From assembly GCF_009914755.1 (NCBI RefSeq), contig NC_060943.1: DNA of 64,000 bases; one strand, 5' to 3'. The notes under the pieces are model-generated. The model was not told the origin of the DNA. It worked only from the letters and a program-made list of their open reading frames with translations, and did not search any database. Each line of letters starts with the position of its first letter. Position 1 is the first letter of the stretch. A program made the position numbers and the translations under genes. Source of the stretch: the human T2T-CHM13v2.0 reference genome, Homo sapiens. Positions 39,641 to 56,348 of the stretch are shown piece after piece.

Positions 39641-42600
39641 TTTAATCGTGTTTTTTTTTTAATAAGCAGAAGCTTTTAATTTGGACCAAGTCCAATTTAT
39701 CAGTTTTCTCTGTTATGGTTTGCAGTTTTTTTCATTACATATAACACATTTGGCCACTGAAAGGTAGTCAAATAATATATTCTCCTGTGTTTATTTATAA
39801 GACCTTTATATATAGTTTTAGCTTTTACACTTAGGTCTATAATCTATCATAAATTAATTTTTGCATTTAGTGTTAGGTAGGGTTTAGTTTTTATTTTTTC
39901 AGTATGGGTATATCTGTTTTTTAAAGCATCATTTGCTGCAAGACTGCCCTTTTCTCATTGAATTGCCTTGCAGCTTTTGCCAAAAATCAGTTGTTTGAAT
40001 TTATTTCTGGCCTCTGTATTCTGTTCACTTAATCTATTTGTCTGTTTCACACCAATGCAAACTGTCTTGATAACTTTAGTTTCACAGGCAGTCTTAAAAT
40101 CAGGTAGTGTAAGTTATTTAACTTTGTTCTCTTTAATATTGCTTTGGTTATTCTAAATCCTCTAGATTTCCATAAAAATTTAAGATTCAGCTTGTCAAAG
40201 AGAAGTCTGCTGGAATTTCTATTTGGATAGCAGTGAGTTAAATTTCGGAGATAGAATATTACAGCAACATTGAATTTCAATCCATGAACATGGTATATAT
40301 CTCTTCATTTATTTAGGTCTTCTTTAATTTTTCTTGGTGCATTTTGTACTTTTCAGTATAGAAGCCATACATATATTTTCTTAAGTATTTTTATTTTATT
40401 TTATATAGTATTTTAAATTTTTATTTTCTAACTTTTTTGCTAGTATATAAAAATGCAAATGATTTTCCAGAATTGATCTTATCTCTAGTAACTTTGCTAA
40501 ATTCACTTATTTCTGACTATTTACAGATTCTTTTGGATTTTCTACATGTACAATTCTACATGTATAAATAATTATAGTTTTATTTCTTCCTTTCCAAACC
40601 CGATGAATTTTATATATTTTTCTGCCTATTGTACTGGCTAAACCCTCCAGTACAGTTTAGCATGGATGTGATGAAAGTGAATTTTTATTGCTTGTTTTTG
40701 ATATTAGGGGAACTCTATCAGATTGAGAAATGTTCCTTCTAGTCTTCTTTCACAAAAAAGTTTTTTTATGAATAAGTGTTGAAAATTAGCAAATGCTTTT
40801 TCTGCATTTATTAAGTTCATCATATGGTTTTTTCCTTCTTTCATTCTGGTAATTCTGGTGAATTAGATTAATTTTTTAATGTTAAAACAATCTGATGTTC
40901 CATTAATAATCCATTTAGTCATGATGTATTATCCATTTTTATGTATATTTTGTTAAGAATGTTTGCATTTAAGTTCATGAGAAATACTGGCTTGTAATTT
41001 TCTTTTATTTTAATGTTCTTGTTTGGTTATTTATTAGCATTGAGCTAGGTTCATCAAAAAAGGGGTGATGTGTTCCTTTCTTCTCTATTTTCTGAAACAG
41101 TTTGTGAAAAATTCGTATTTTTTGAAATTTGATAGAATTCAAAAGTGATCTAATATATGAGTGCTTTTGATAGGAAGAGTGTGATAACAAATTTAATTTA
41201 TTTAACAGATACATAGCTAATCAGTTTTTATGTTCTGTGTGTTAATTTTGGTAATTTTTATCTTTCAATGTATTTTTCAACTTTAAGTTGTTAAATATTA
41301 GATATAAAGTTGTTCATAGCATTCCCTTATTTATACTTTTAATGTCTGATTTATTTCTAGTGATCATCCTTTTTATTACCGACCCTGGAAATTTGTGTTT
41401 CCCCTCTTCTGTTTTTAATTAACATAGTTAGTAATTCATCAATTTTCTTAATCTTTTAAAGCAAACAACTTCTTGTTTTATTTATTATCTTCAATGTTTG
41501 TTCAATTTCTGTTCACTGTTGCCCTTCTACTTTCATGGGTTTTATTTACTTAGTTTTTTTCTTATATTTTTAAGTTTAGTGCATTGAATTTTGGCACTTT
41601 ATTTTCTAATATAAACTTTTAAGGCAATACATTTTCCTCTAAGCATTGCTTTGGCTGCATCCCATAAAATTTAATAGGTTGTATTTTCATTGTCAATTAT
41701 TTTTAAATATTTCTCATTTCCCATGGTGATTTTTTCCTTTTGATGAGTAGGTTATTTAGAAGTATGTGATTTATTCCCAGATATATGAGGATTTTCCAAA
41801 TGTATTTGTCATTTTTTTTTTCCAATTTTAATTTCATATTGTCAGAGAAAAAACTCTGTTTTAAATCTTTTGAAATATATAGAGATGTGTATTTTAGTAC
41901 CGCTAGTTCTATCTTGGTGAATGTTCCAGATGCACTAAAAAAAATGTGTATTATAAAGTTGTTGGGTGTCACATTCTGTAAATGTCAACTAGGCCAAGTT
42001 GGTTAATATTGTTCTTAAAATCTACTTACTCTATCAATTACTGAGGAAGAAGTATTGGAATCTCCAGCCATAATTGTGAATTTATCTATTTCTCTTTTTA
42101 GTTCCTTAAGTTTCTCCTTTGTGTTTGGAAACGTTGTTGTTGTGTCAAGATATTGTTAGTATTGCTATTCTTCTTTTTAAATTACCCATTTATCATCAAA
42201 AAATGACCTTCTTAATACAAGTAATAGCCTTTTCTCTAAATCTCTGTGTCTAATATTAATAGAGCCATGCTAGATTTCTTATGCTTACAGTAAGCATAGT
42301 ATAAAGGAAAAGAAGAGTGTTTTTCTTGTAGTAGCATATAGTTACATTTTGCTCTGTTACCAAGTCTCACTATCTATGCCTTTTAATTGGATTAAAGTTT
42401 GGGAAAGCTTAAATGGCTGGAACTTAAAAGACAGGTCATTAAAGAGGAACTTCACAGGGAAGTAACCCAAGCAATCTACGTAGATGTTCCCTGGAGTTTT
42501 TGGCAGAATTCTAAGACAGGCATGCACATGGTATCACTTTACAAGACCTTGGAGGGGGGAAAGAAAGCTACAAGACAGAATGTGAACTGAATGACAATTC

Positions 42601-43851
42601 CAGAGGATATATAGCACTGGGAGTCATAGGAGATTTATTCAGCCAGGACAGAGAAACCCCTCTAAATATTCCAGGAATTCAGTTGAGACCCCATACAGGC
42701 CACATCTTCAAAGCAGTATATTTCAATCTCGGAAAAGGAACAACTTCTCTCCCACTCTAACAAAGCCTAAAAACAAATCCTAACATGATCAAACTGATTT
42801 CCCAATAATTATCTATAAATAAAACTCAACACTCTTTAGACCAAGATGGCAAAATATATTCTCAACTATGTAGCATTCATAATATTCAGCACACAGTTAA
42901 AAAATCACTAGATATGCAAAGAAAGAATATTTTACCTTTATCCAGAAAAATAAATAAATAAAACTTTTCTGTAGAAATCGACTCTGAAATGACACAGTTA
43001 TTGAACTTAGGACACAAGGACTTTATAGAAGCCATTATAAATATGTTCAAGGATTTAAAATAAATGTTTAATATAATGAGTGAATGAGTGGGAAATCTCA
43101 GCCAAGTAATAAAAGCTATTTAAAAAAAATAAATAAAAATTCTAGAATAAAAAAATGTAATCTGAAATGAAAATTTCACTGGATGCAATTAATAGCATAT
43201 TGAACAATGTGGTAGAAGGCCAGTAAATTTGAAGATAGATCAGTAGAAACTATCCCACCTGAAGCAGTAAGAAAGAAAATACCAATAAATTAGTAGAGAC
43301 TCAGAGACCTAAGTAATTCAATCAAATGGTTTAACTGGGATGTCAGAAAGTGAGGAAAATTGGGAGAGAACAAATTATTTGGAAAAAAATGACTAAAATA
43401 TTGCTGAACTTTATGAACAATATCAACACGGTTGACACTGAAACTCAACAAATCATAAACAGGAGAAACATAAAGATATATGTAGACACATTACAGCCAA
43501 ATTGCTAAAAATATTTTTAACACAAAAAAAATCATAAAAGCAGCCATAGATAAAAATCATTTAACATACAAGAAAAAAGCAATATGAGTACTGCTAATTT
43601 CTAGTCGGAAACAATGCAAGTTATAACACAATGGAATGCCATATTTTAAATACTGAAGTAAAAATAAGTCAACCTAGAATCCTATGTCCAGTAAAACTAT
43701 CCTTGAAAAATGTGGTCAAAATGAAGACATTTTCATCAGGCTTCCCTTTTGCCCCCAAAGTAATTGGCTGAAGGGAAATAACAGCAGATGTACACTTAGT
43801 CCACATGACAGAAGGAAGAGAGGGAAAAAAATGTCAATATAAAAGACATTT

Positions 43852-44142
<291 letters not shown>

Positions 44143-45784
44143 AAAATACATTTTTCTTCTTTTGTATCTTCTTTATAAGATATCTGACTGCTTACACTGA
44201 AATGATAACAATTTATTGGGCATATAACATATAAAGTAAGATACACAACAATAATATAATGGAGATGTGGATAGAAATGTACTATTGGAATGTTCTTCAT
44301 TATACATGAAGTACATGGTTTTAGTTCATGGAGCACTGAAACAAGTTGAGAATACGTAATATAATTCCTAGATCAGCTTCTAAAATAATAACCCAAAGAA
44401 GCATGGCTAAAAAGACCATGGAAGAAACAAGATGAATATTAAATATACACAATTAAACCAAAGAAGACAGGAAATAAGAAAAAGGGGAACAAAAAGCAGA
44501 AGGCACATTTAGAAGAAGAATAACAACTTAATAAAAGTGGCCTTTTGGGGGTTTCAACCACATGCCTGTGATGTTTATTAAGAACCAATTACTCTTGGGC
44601 AGAAACTGAGTAAATGGAGATCTCACCTCCAATGTATAAAAACAGATGCTTTGTAAATTTCTTCCAGTTTTATAGCTGTTTATAGTGGGAGAGTAAGTCT
44701 AATACCCTATACTCTGTCAAGGTCAGACCTGGACATTAGTGCATGATTTGCACTTAATAGATGTCTTTGCTAATCCTCTTTCACTATGTTTACTTATATT
44801 TTATTTCTGGAAAAATATAGCACTTTGGCCCTTTAAGTTCTGTTAGTATTGTAGTATATTTCTCAATGTATTTCTTATTTTTATCATCCAACATTGTTTT
44901 GGGGCCAACTTTATTTCTTTGCATTACAGTGTAATATTCCACCACCTATGTAAACTGCACTCCACTTATCCTTTTTACTTGCTCATTAGATGCCAAGCAA
45001 CTCTTATGTTGACGCAAACAACACTGCAGAGGAAATCGTGAAATATATCCCTGGGGTATATAAAGTTGCACACTTTCTTTAATTGGATTTAATCGGTTAA
45101 CATGACAGTTTTTAGGATGACTCCTTTTTGATGAAAACAGTAGAGAAAGTGTAAACCAAAGCCAGGGAGATGCGTGGAGAAGGTGATTAGTGGGAGAAGC
45201 CTTTGCTGTATGTCTGTCCACTACTATCACAATCTTCCAATGATGCAATAGGTACCTACAGGGGCCTCCCCTAAAATCAGAGCCCATCTGCGACCCTGGT
45301 TTTTCCCAGTGCCTGTGTGGCATAGGGAGGCCTCATGTTGCTGATGAAAGGGAGACGTGTGAAAGAGAAAGGATCTTCTCTTGTCATTGCTAAGCCTGCT
45401 CTGCCTTTTTTTTCTGAGCATTTTTTCATGACTCCAAGTCTGTACCAGACTTTCCCATACATATGACGCGACATATCTGGCCTCTGTGGCTCCAGTCTGA
45501 AATTTTCTTTCACTCAAGAATCCTTTAAACTATTTCAGTCATATTTTGCAGGAAGCAGTCTCTGTCAGTAACAAATATCCAACTCCATCACCTCCACACT
45601 CTTATTCTCCTTGGAGAAGGAAGCCCTCTGTGGCCATGTCCCCAGATGCCCACTGGATGGTGGCTGTCTTGATGGATGAGGGAACAATCTCAAAAGACTT
45701 GAATGCCACAGCCAGTAGCACTTACCAAATGCCAGGCATGTTCCAAGCAGGTCCATGAATTATGCTGGGTAGACAACATGGCAC

Positions 45785-45970
45785 CTAATTACCTGTGTCG
45801 CGATCCTGCATGTTATACTTACTAGTTGTGTGAGCCTGAGCAAGCTGCTTAACCTCTTTGTGCCTCACTCTTCTCATAGGTAACATTGTGATAATCATCT
45901 TTATCCCTTAGGGTTTTTCCAGGACAGTGCGAGCCTTTGTAAAGGACTTAAAATCTGTAAAGCACACAGT
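45785..45970 (+). mobile_element. MIR SINE
   Basis: ACTTACTAGTTGTGTGAGCCTGAGCAAGCTGCTTAACCTCTTTGTGCCTCA. Confidence 0.82.
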
Positions 45971-47042
45971 CACATACATTATGATGTGGATAACTGGAGA
46001 AATGCATTATTTTCTTTGGAAAGGAGAACAAATACTGTTATCATAATGTATTTTTGTTAATTTTTTTGGCTGGAAAATTGGCAATGCAATTTTAAGGTTA
46101 GCTTAAATTCACTGGTAAGAATTAGTAGAAATTTTTTAGAAAAATAGTAATGTTTTCTGGTTCAATGAGGAGCTTGCTAGTTGCTACTCTATCTTAACAA
46201 CATGTAAAAAGCTGAACAAACTGGAAAATAAACAGCTCTTCTTAGATCCCAAAGGGAAGTGAGTTCACAGGACAAATCACCGACCCCAAAATTAGAGACA
46301 GATAAGCAAATACAGAGAATCACAACTTACTAGAATAGAAATTCATGAGCAGAACTTCTGAAGGAATCAGCGCCAAAGTCGGGAAATCTGAACTGTAATT
46401 GATGACTTATTGGAGTCTCAGTGTGGATAAACCTGAGAGTTAAAAACTCTAGGTGGACTAGTCATTGGGTATCCCTCACAATTAAGTGAGTTTTACCCCC
46501 TGGAGCTGGACCAGGTTCCCACACTGAATACTGGAGAAAAATCCCCTCATGCTTCTGGCAGAAGGAGGTGAAAAACATCTAAGAGTGCATCAGAGCATTC
46601 TGTTCTTCTTAACAAGGTCTGCCCTTAGGAGAAACTATTCAACCAGAGCCTAACCTGCTAGGGTTTTATCAGAACTTATCTCACCTGGAAGAAAGGAAAT
46701 ACCCAACTCCACACCATTGCAGCCATCCTGTCCCATCTAAGTGGCAGTGGGGTGGGGAGATTGAGAAGCACTTGAGAAGTTCACAGTCCAGAAGCAGAGG
46801 CTCATTAGAAGACTGAGACCCAATCACAGGTCTAGAGAATGCACCCCTTCTCCCTGCACCTTACTACCACTTTACTAAAGGCCTATTTACAGCATTTCCT
46901 TTTATCCAGTACATATTGACCAGCTATCAAGAGAAAAGTACAAGGCATACTAAAAAGCAAAACAGTGCAGATTGAAGAGACACAGCGAGTGTCAAAAGGA
47001 GACTCAGATATGACAGAAATGTTGGAATGATCAGATCAGGAA

Positions 47043-47342
47043 TTGAAAACAACTATGATTAATATGCTAAGAGCTCTAATGTATAAAGTGGACACCATGC
47101 AAGAACAGACAGGCAATGTAAGCAGGGAGATGGAAATTCTAAGAAAAAAGAAACAAAAAGAAATGCTGGAGATAAAAAACACTATAATAGAAATGAATCA
47201 CGCCTTTGATGGGCTTGTAGTAAATTGGACATGGCTGAAGAAAGAATCTCTGAGCTTCAAAGGTATCTCAATAGAAACCTCCAAAATTGAAAAGCAGGGA
47301 GAAAAAGAAAAAAATGGGGGGGAAGCAGAGAATAATATCTGA
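47043..47342 (+). pseudogene. L1 ORF1p remnant (not a functional CDS)
   Basis: KTTMINMLRALM...MQEQTGNVSREMEILRK...EMLEIKNTIIEM...AFDGL resembles L1M ORF1p; the frame breaks afterwards. Confidence 0.82.
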
Positions 47343-48099
47343 GAACTATAGGACAAATATAAAAGGTATAACATACACATATGGGAATACCAGACAGAGA
47401 AAAGAGGAGAAAGGTACAGAAGAAATATTTAAAATAATAATGCCCCAAAATTTCCTCTCAAATTAATGTCACACACCAAACCACAGATCTAGGAAGCTCA
47501 GAGAACACCAATCAGGATAAATGTTAAAGAAATTACACCTAGGCATATAATTCAAAATACAGAAAATCAAACATAAAGAAAAATAATTCCCCAAAGAAGC
47601 CATAGGGAAAAACACCTTACCTATAGAGAAGCAAAAATAAGAATTATCTCTGACTTCTCCTCTTAAACTATGCCAGCAAGAAGAGAGTGGACTGAAATAT
47701 TTAAAGTGTTAAGAGAAAAAGAAACATCTTAAAATTCTGTACCCTGCAAAATTGCTTTTCAAAAGTGAAGGAGAAATAGACTTTTTATACAAACCAAAAT
47801 GTAGGGATTCTTTTATTTATTTATTTATTTTTGCCAGCAGACCTGCCTTGCAAGAAATGTTAAAAGAAGTGCTTTAGAGAGCAGGGAAATTCTATAGGTC
47901 AGACACTTGGATCTACATAAAAAAAGGAAGAAACCAAAGGAGAAATAAGTGAAGGTAAAGTAAAAATTTTATTTTTCTTACAACAAATACATTTATTCAA
48001 AATAAAAATAGCAAAAATGTATTTGATTATGTATGTGTTTTTGTATACATGCATACATAATCAATATAGTCATGTGTATACAGACTCATATAATCAATA

Positions 48100-48319
48100 T
48101 AGTTATGTGTCTCTTAACAATGAGGATACTTTTTGAGAAATGAGTCAGTAGGTGATTTTGTCATTGTGTGAACATCATAGTGTGTACTTATACAAATCTA
48201 GATAGTATAGCCTACTGTACACCTAGGCTATTTATTATAGCTTATTGCTTCTAACCTACAATTCTGTACAGCAATACAGTATTATAATATTATGGTTGAC
48301 CAAAACATAAGGCATGACA
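48100..48319 (+). mobile_element. Tigger3/GOLEM-type non-autonomous TcMar element, internally deleted, in the L1 inter-ORF region
   Basis: TAGTTATGTGTCTCTTAACAATGAGGATAC...TGTGAACATCATAGTGTGTACTTATACAAATCTAGATAGTATAGCCTACTG...GTTGACCAAAAC...GCATGAC. Confidence 0.82.
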
Positions 48320-51300
48320 TTGTGTGTGTATGTGTGTGTGTGTATGTATACATGTATATATTTATATGAAATAAATGAAAACAATGACATAAGGGACGGG
48401 AAGGAAGAATTAGGAGTATTTTGTTATTAAAGTATTCACATTATCCATGAAGCAGTATAGCAGTATAGTTACACTACAGTTATTATAGTTATTTAAAAGT
48501 GGACTTGGATTAGTTGTAAAGATATATTGCAAACTCTATGGCAAAAACTATAAAAAGAAAAAGAAATATAACTGATACACTAAGAAAAGAGGGAAAATGA
48601 ACTTATATAAGTTTTTCAGTTAAAATCACAAATGGCATAAAAAGACTGGGAGATAACAAGAACAAAGGGAAAGAGCAATGATTGGTAAACAGCAATGAAT
48701 TTTGCAGACATTAATTAAACTACATTAATAATCACTTTGAATGCCAATGGTTAAAATATTCTCATTAAAACAGACACATTGCCAGAGTGGATCAAAAAAT
48801 GAAATCCAACTATAGGTTTTCTAGCAGAAACCCACTTTAAATACAAAGACACATCTAGATTAAAAGTAAATGGATGGAGAAAGACATACCATGCTAACAC
48901 TAATCAAAAGAAAGTGGGAGTAGCTATATTAATTTCAGATAGAGCAAATAAGCTATCAGGAATAAAGAATGGCATTGCATAATGATGAAGGAGTCAATTC
49001 TCCAAGAAGGCATAACAATCCTTAGTAAAGTTGTGCCTAACAGTGCATCAAAATATATGAGCTAAAAATGGGTAGAACTGAAAAGAAGAAAAAATGAATC
49101 CAATATTATACTTAGAGACTTCAACACTCTTCTATCATGAACGAACAGACCTAGCAAACAGAAAATTAGTAAGAACACAGTTGAGCTCAACACCACCATC
49201 AATCAACTGTATATAATTAATATCTATAGACAGCTTCATTTAGCAACCTCAGGATATACATTCTTCTCAAGCTCATATGGAAAATTAACCAAGATAGACC
49301 ACATTCTGGGCCATAAAATACACCTTAGCAAATTAAAGAAAATAGAAATCACACATTGTCTGCTCTCAGACCACAATGCAATTAAACTACAAATCAATAG
49401 GAAGATAGGTGGAAAGCCCCCAAATACTTGGAGATTAAACAATACACTTCACAATAACACATGGTCAAAAAATAAATATCAAGAGAAATTTAAAAATATT
49501 TTGAGATAAATGAAAATGAAAACACAACTTATAAAATTTGTGAGATGCAGCAAAAGCAGTGCTTACAGGGGAATTTATATCATTAAATGCATATATTAGA
49601 ATTAGAAAAAAAGAAAGAACCAAAATTAATCATCTAGGCTTCCATTAGAGAAAATTAGAAAAAGAAGAACAAATTAAGTCTGGAATAAGGAGAAGAAAAA
49701 AATGAAAATTAGAAGAGAAATCAATGAAATTGAACTCAAGAAAAAAAAAATAGAGAAAATTTATGAAACCAAAAGTATGTTTTTAGAAAATATAAGTAAA
49801 ATTAAAAACCGGTGCCCCAGCTAACCAAGGAAAGACAAGACACAAATTACTAATATTAGAAATGAAAGGGGGCATCACTATCAATCCCATGGACATTCAA
49901 AGCATAATAAAGAATGATTATAAGCAATCTATGTCCACAAATTGGTAACTTAGATTAAGAACCTATTATTTGAAAGATAAAATGTACTAAAACTCATATA
50001 AGGAGAAATTGACAATTTTAATAGGCTTATATTTATTAGCAAAATTGAATCAATATTTAATAACTAAAAACAGAAAGCACCAGCTCTAGATGGCTTTACT
50101 GGTGAATTCTATCAAATATTTAAGGGAAAAATAATACCAATTCTGTAGACTCTGTTTCAAAAGTAGAAGCCCAGGAAATATTGTCTAACTCATTCTGAGC
50201 AGCCCGCATTACATTTATACTAAAACCAGACAAAAAGACATGACAATAAAAGTAAACTACAAACCAAAATTCTCATGGACATAGATGCAAAAATCCTCAG
50301 CAAATTATTAAAAAATTGAATCCAATAATGTGTGAAAATAAGTATGGACCACAGCTGACTGGGATTTATCCCTGGTATGCAAAAACAGTTCAATATTTGA
50401 AAATCAATTACTGTAATCTACCACATCAGCAAGCTAAAGAATAAAACTCACAAGACCATATCAATAGATGCATACAAAGCATTTGATCAAATCTAACACC
50501 ACTTATGATAAAAACTATCAGTAAACCAGAAATAGAGGGAAACCTCATAAAGAATATTCACGAAAACTGACAGCTAATGTCATAGTTAATGGAGAGAAAC
50601 TCAAAGCTTTCCCACTAAGATTAGGAACAAAGCAAGAATGTTGCCTCTCACCATTATTTTCAACATCATACTGGAAGTCCTACCTGATGCAATAAGACAA
50701 GAAAAGGAAATAAAATATATACATGATGGGAAGGAGGAAATGAAATTGTCTTTTTCACAGTGACATGATTGCCTATCTAGAAAATAAAAAGAAGAAAAGT
50801 ACTCCTGATACTAATAAATAATTATACCAAGGTTGCAGGATAAAGGTTAATACACAAAAGTCTATTGCTTTTCTAGGCAGCAGCAATGAACAAGTAGAAT
50901 TTGAAAATAAAAACAAAATACCGTTTATATTAATACCCCCCAAAATGAAATACATAGATATAATAAATCTAACAAAATATGTACAAAATCTATATGAAGA
51001 AAACTATAAAACTATGTTAAACTAAATCAAGGAAGGACTAAATAAAGAGGTATTCATATTCATGGATAGAAAGATTTAATATTGTGAAGATTTCACCTAT
51101 TCCCAACTTGATCTATAGACTCAGCACAATCCTAATCAAAATCCCAGAAGGTTATTTTGTAGATATTGACTAACTGATTCTCCGATTTACAGGGAGAGGT
51201 AAAAGGCCCACAATAGCCAACATAATATTGAAAAAGAAGAACAAAGTTGTGTCACTGACTTCTAGACTTACTGTAAAACTACAATAATCAAGATGATGTG

Positions 51301-51374
51301 GTATCGTCAAAAAATAGACAAGGCAATGGAACAGAATGAAAACCCCAGAAATAGACCTATAAGAATATAGTCAG

Positions 51375-51858
<484 letters not shown>

Positions 51859-52023
51859 TTAGAAGATACCACAGGAGAAAATCGAAATGACCTAGGGTTT
51901 GATGGTAACCCTTTAGATATAATGTCAAAGGGATGATCCATGAAAGAACTAATTGATAAGCTGGACTTCACTAAAATTAAAATTTTCTGTTTTGCGAAAG
52001 ACAGTGTCAAGAGAATTAAATGA

Positions 52024-52370
<347 letters not shown>

Positions 52371-54491
52371 AGAGAATTAAATGACAACTCACAGGCTGGA
52401 AGAAAATATTTGCAAAAGACATATCTGATAGAGGATTGTTATCCAAAATAAACAAAGAACTCTTAAAACTCAATGAAAGAAAACAATGATCCAGCTGAAA
52501 AAAATGCGCCAAAGACCTTAACAGACACCTCACCAAAGAAGATATACAGATAGCAAACAGTCTATAAAAAGGTGCTCTGTTCCATATGTCATTAGGGAAA
52601 TGCAAATTGGAGCAGCAATTACATACCTCTATATACCTATTCGAATGGCTAAAATGGGTAACACTGACAACACCAAATGCTGGTAAGAACATGAAGCAAC
52701 AGAAACTCTCACTCATTGCTGGTGGGAATGCAAAATGAAACAGCCAATTTGGAAGATAGTTTGGGATTTTCTTACAAAACTAAACACACTCTTACCATAC
52801 CATCCTGCAATCTCACTCCTTGGTATTTACCTAAAGGACTCAAAAACTTATGTCTGAAAAAAAAAACCTGCACATGGATATGTATAGCAGCTTTATTAAT
52901 AATTGCCAAAACTTAAAAGCAACCAATATGTTCTTGAGTAGGTGAATGGATAAATAAACTAAAAGTCTGGTACATCTTGACTTTGGAATATCATTCAAGG
53001 CTAAAAAGAAATGAGCTACTAAGCCATAAAAAGATACATAGAAAACTTAAATGCATATCATTAAGTAAAATAAGCCAATCTGATAAGGCTACCTACTGTG
53101 TAATTTCAACTCTTTGACATTCTGGAAAAGGCAAAATGATGGAGACAGTAAAAAGATCAGTAGTGTCCAGTGGAGGAATGGAGGGGAGGCAGGCGAACAG
53201 ACGAAGCACAAAGGATATTTAGGGGAGTGAAACAATTCTGCACAATACTACGATGTTGCATACTCATTAGGCATTTCCCTAAATCTATAGAACACGCAAT
53301 ACCAAGAGTGAACCCTCATGTAAAATATGGACTCTGGGTGGTGACGATGTGTTAATGTAGGTTTATCAATTGTAACAAATGCATGCACCACCACAGTGTG
53401 GGCTGTTGGTAATGGGAGGCTGTGCATGTGTGTGGGAAGGGGGGTGCATGGGAAATCTCTGTGCCTTCTGCTCAATTGTCTGTGAATCCAAAACTACTCT
53501 GAAAAATGAAGTTTATTTTGAAAAAAAAAGAATAATGATGAAGTGGGCTTTCAAATACCACATATTAAACTGTACTTTAAAGCAAGTATAATTAAAGCAG
53601 TGTGGTGTCAGGGGAAAAAATGTAGACAAATCAGTTAAAAAGAAGAAAATCTCGAAAGGATCCCAACATTGTGACAGTGTCGTGATAGGTGCCTATTGAA
53701 TATTTATGTAATAAATGAATACAGCTTAGTACAACGTTAAAAGTATCATTTCAAGACAGTAGGTAACAGAAAATTACTCTACAGGTAGGTCTGGGGCAAA
53801 TTGTAATCATTTGATTTTTAATAATGGTTAAATTATTCTCTCACCCTGTACTATCGCCCAAATACACACACACATACACAGATGGATGAGAAAGTTATAA
53901 AATGACTTAAAAATATCAATCTCTTCGTGTTGATTAAATGTTCATGTTAAATCTAAAAACAAAGGGAGCCATCAAAATCAAAAAGAGAAAAAGCTTAAAA
54001 GATTTGTCTACATAAAAATAAATACATAAAGAATGTCATATTGCTAAAAAAAATTCACTATGTTTGACAAGTTGATTTTCTTGATAAGTCATAGAATTTA
54101 ATATGGAAATATCAATGATTTTGGGGAAAAAAACTGACTAAAGGAATAAATAAGCCACACTCCAAAGAAGCAGTCTACGTGGCCATGGCATCACAGCTTA
54201 TGTCTAATCCCCTTTGACTAGAGTGCAGGAGTGTGTGATTAAACTGAGCAGGAACTAATGTGGGCTTCACGAGTGGCCGCCACTGTATTCATTCAACTGC
54301 TGGGTGGAAGAGCGGCTTCCCTCTTCCTTCCTCAGAAGACCAGAGATGATGATTTAAGAAATAAAAGTTGGAAATGTCTTATTTCAAGTCAGATTACAAT
54401 ATTAAATGTTAGAAAGCACTGAGATCCAGTTTTTAATGGAAATATCATCTATTGCCATTATTTGCCAAATTAAAAACCCATAAAAAGTCAT

Positions 54492-54807
<316 letters not shown>

Positions 54808-55454
54808 TTAGAGAAAAAGATAAGCTAATGTAGAACAATTTACTAAAATAATTCACAAAAAAATAACAATTTAGAAATCACTAATGACAACACCAAAGCA
54901 TATAAAATTGTAGTTTCCCAGGAAATACATGTAGATGTCTAGATATCGCTGTATGTATATGTATATTTACATACATAATACATATATGTGTATATCAATA
55001 TATGTATATTTCTTTTTTTAAATGTGATATTCCAAGCTATTTGCTGTTTTGTAATTTTTTCAATTCATATAACCATTTTCTATTTAAAAAGAATTCTACT
55101 CCTCTGCATTTTAAATGCCAAATAATACTCCACTGTTTGTGCAGACCATAATTTTTTATTACCCAATCATTATTGGGTAGTTAGATCACTTCCAATTTTT
55201 TATATTTGATACAACACTGACCTGCCTGTGGTTTTGCTCAACATTCATGAACACACATGAAATTTTCCAAGGGTAAACTCTTTTTTAAGCCCTTAATATA
55301 TGTTGCCAAATTACCTTCTGAAACCTTCTACAATAGACTCTCACCTGAAGTGGGAGGGATATTTTTAAAGTCAGTACATATAATACAAAATGCTGGTCAT
55401 CAAAATTGCCCTGGCACATCTTTTAAGAAAATAGTGTTGGAGATTGACATTCAG

Positions 55455-56125
55455 TAATTCATTTGTTCATGCAACAACTGAAACACTGTTTATTGAGTAA
55501 CTAGTCTGTGTCAGGCATAGTGCCAGGAGATGGAGATGGGACAGACACCGAACTAGACCAATATATTCACTGTAAAAAGCTATTCTGGTGGAGAGAGAGA
55601 ATGAAAATTAAGCCTAACAATCACAAAATTTCTAAAGCATTAGAAGATGATAAGTAATATAGAAAAAAAAAAGACTAGGCAGGGCTAAAAGAGAAGTATG
55701 TTTGGAGGAGGGTGCCATAGAGGTTTAGATGGTCAAAGGAAGCTCCATTGAGAAGAGGTGACTTGAAGAAAGTGAGAATTGAGCTATGCAACTAGCTGGT
55801 GGAAGGGCATTCCCAGAAGAGGAAACACCATGTATGAATGCCCTGAGAAGGAGGCACAATTGGCATGCTGAAGGAACAACAAGGAGGTCGGTGTGTCCAA
55901 AGACCAGTGTGTGGCAGGAAGAGTGAAGGATAGGAGGAGACCAGAGAGGTGAGCTAGGCAGGGCATTGGGTGGATATGGACTTTTTCCCAGAAAGGAATG
56001 GAAATTGTGGAGCATGTTTAGCAAAGGCATGACATGAGTGACTTGTTTTAAAGGATCTCTCTGGCTGCTCCTTAGAAAACAGACTGTAGGGCACAAGGTG
56101 GGGGTGGGTAGCAAGGAGAGCCATC
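55455..56125 (-). mobile_element. L2 LINE
   Basis: TTCATTTGTTCA...TTTATTGAGTAACTAGTCTGTGTCAGGCA...GGGCATTCCCAGAAGAGGAAACA...TTTTAAAGGATCTCTCTGGCTGCT. Confidence 0.85.
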
Positions 56126-56348
56126 TTTGCAGTTCTTATGCTAGGAGCTGTTAGGCTTTAGGGGACATCTGGTATGAGAATGGGTCCTTAAACATGAGTC
56201 TCAGATCCAGCCCTCGGGACGGTCACACCACACAGACCCAGTGAAGAAACAGCTCTGGGGAGAAAGCAGCAGGATCTCCCCTCAGGTGCTCACTCCTGAG
56301 CACACACACAGAGGGAAACGATGGGTGGTAAGGCAGGCTTTAGGTACA

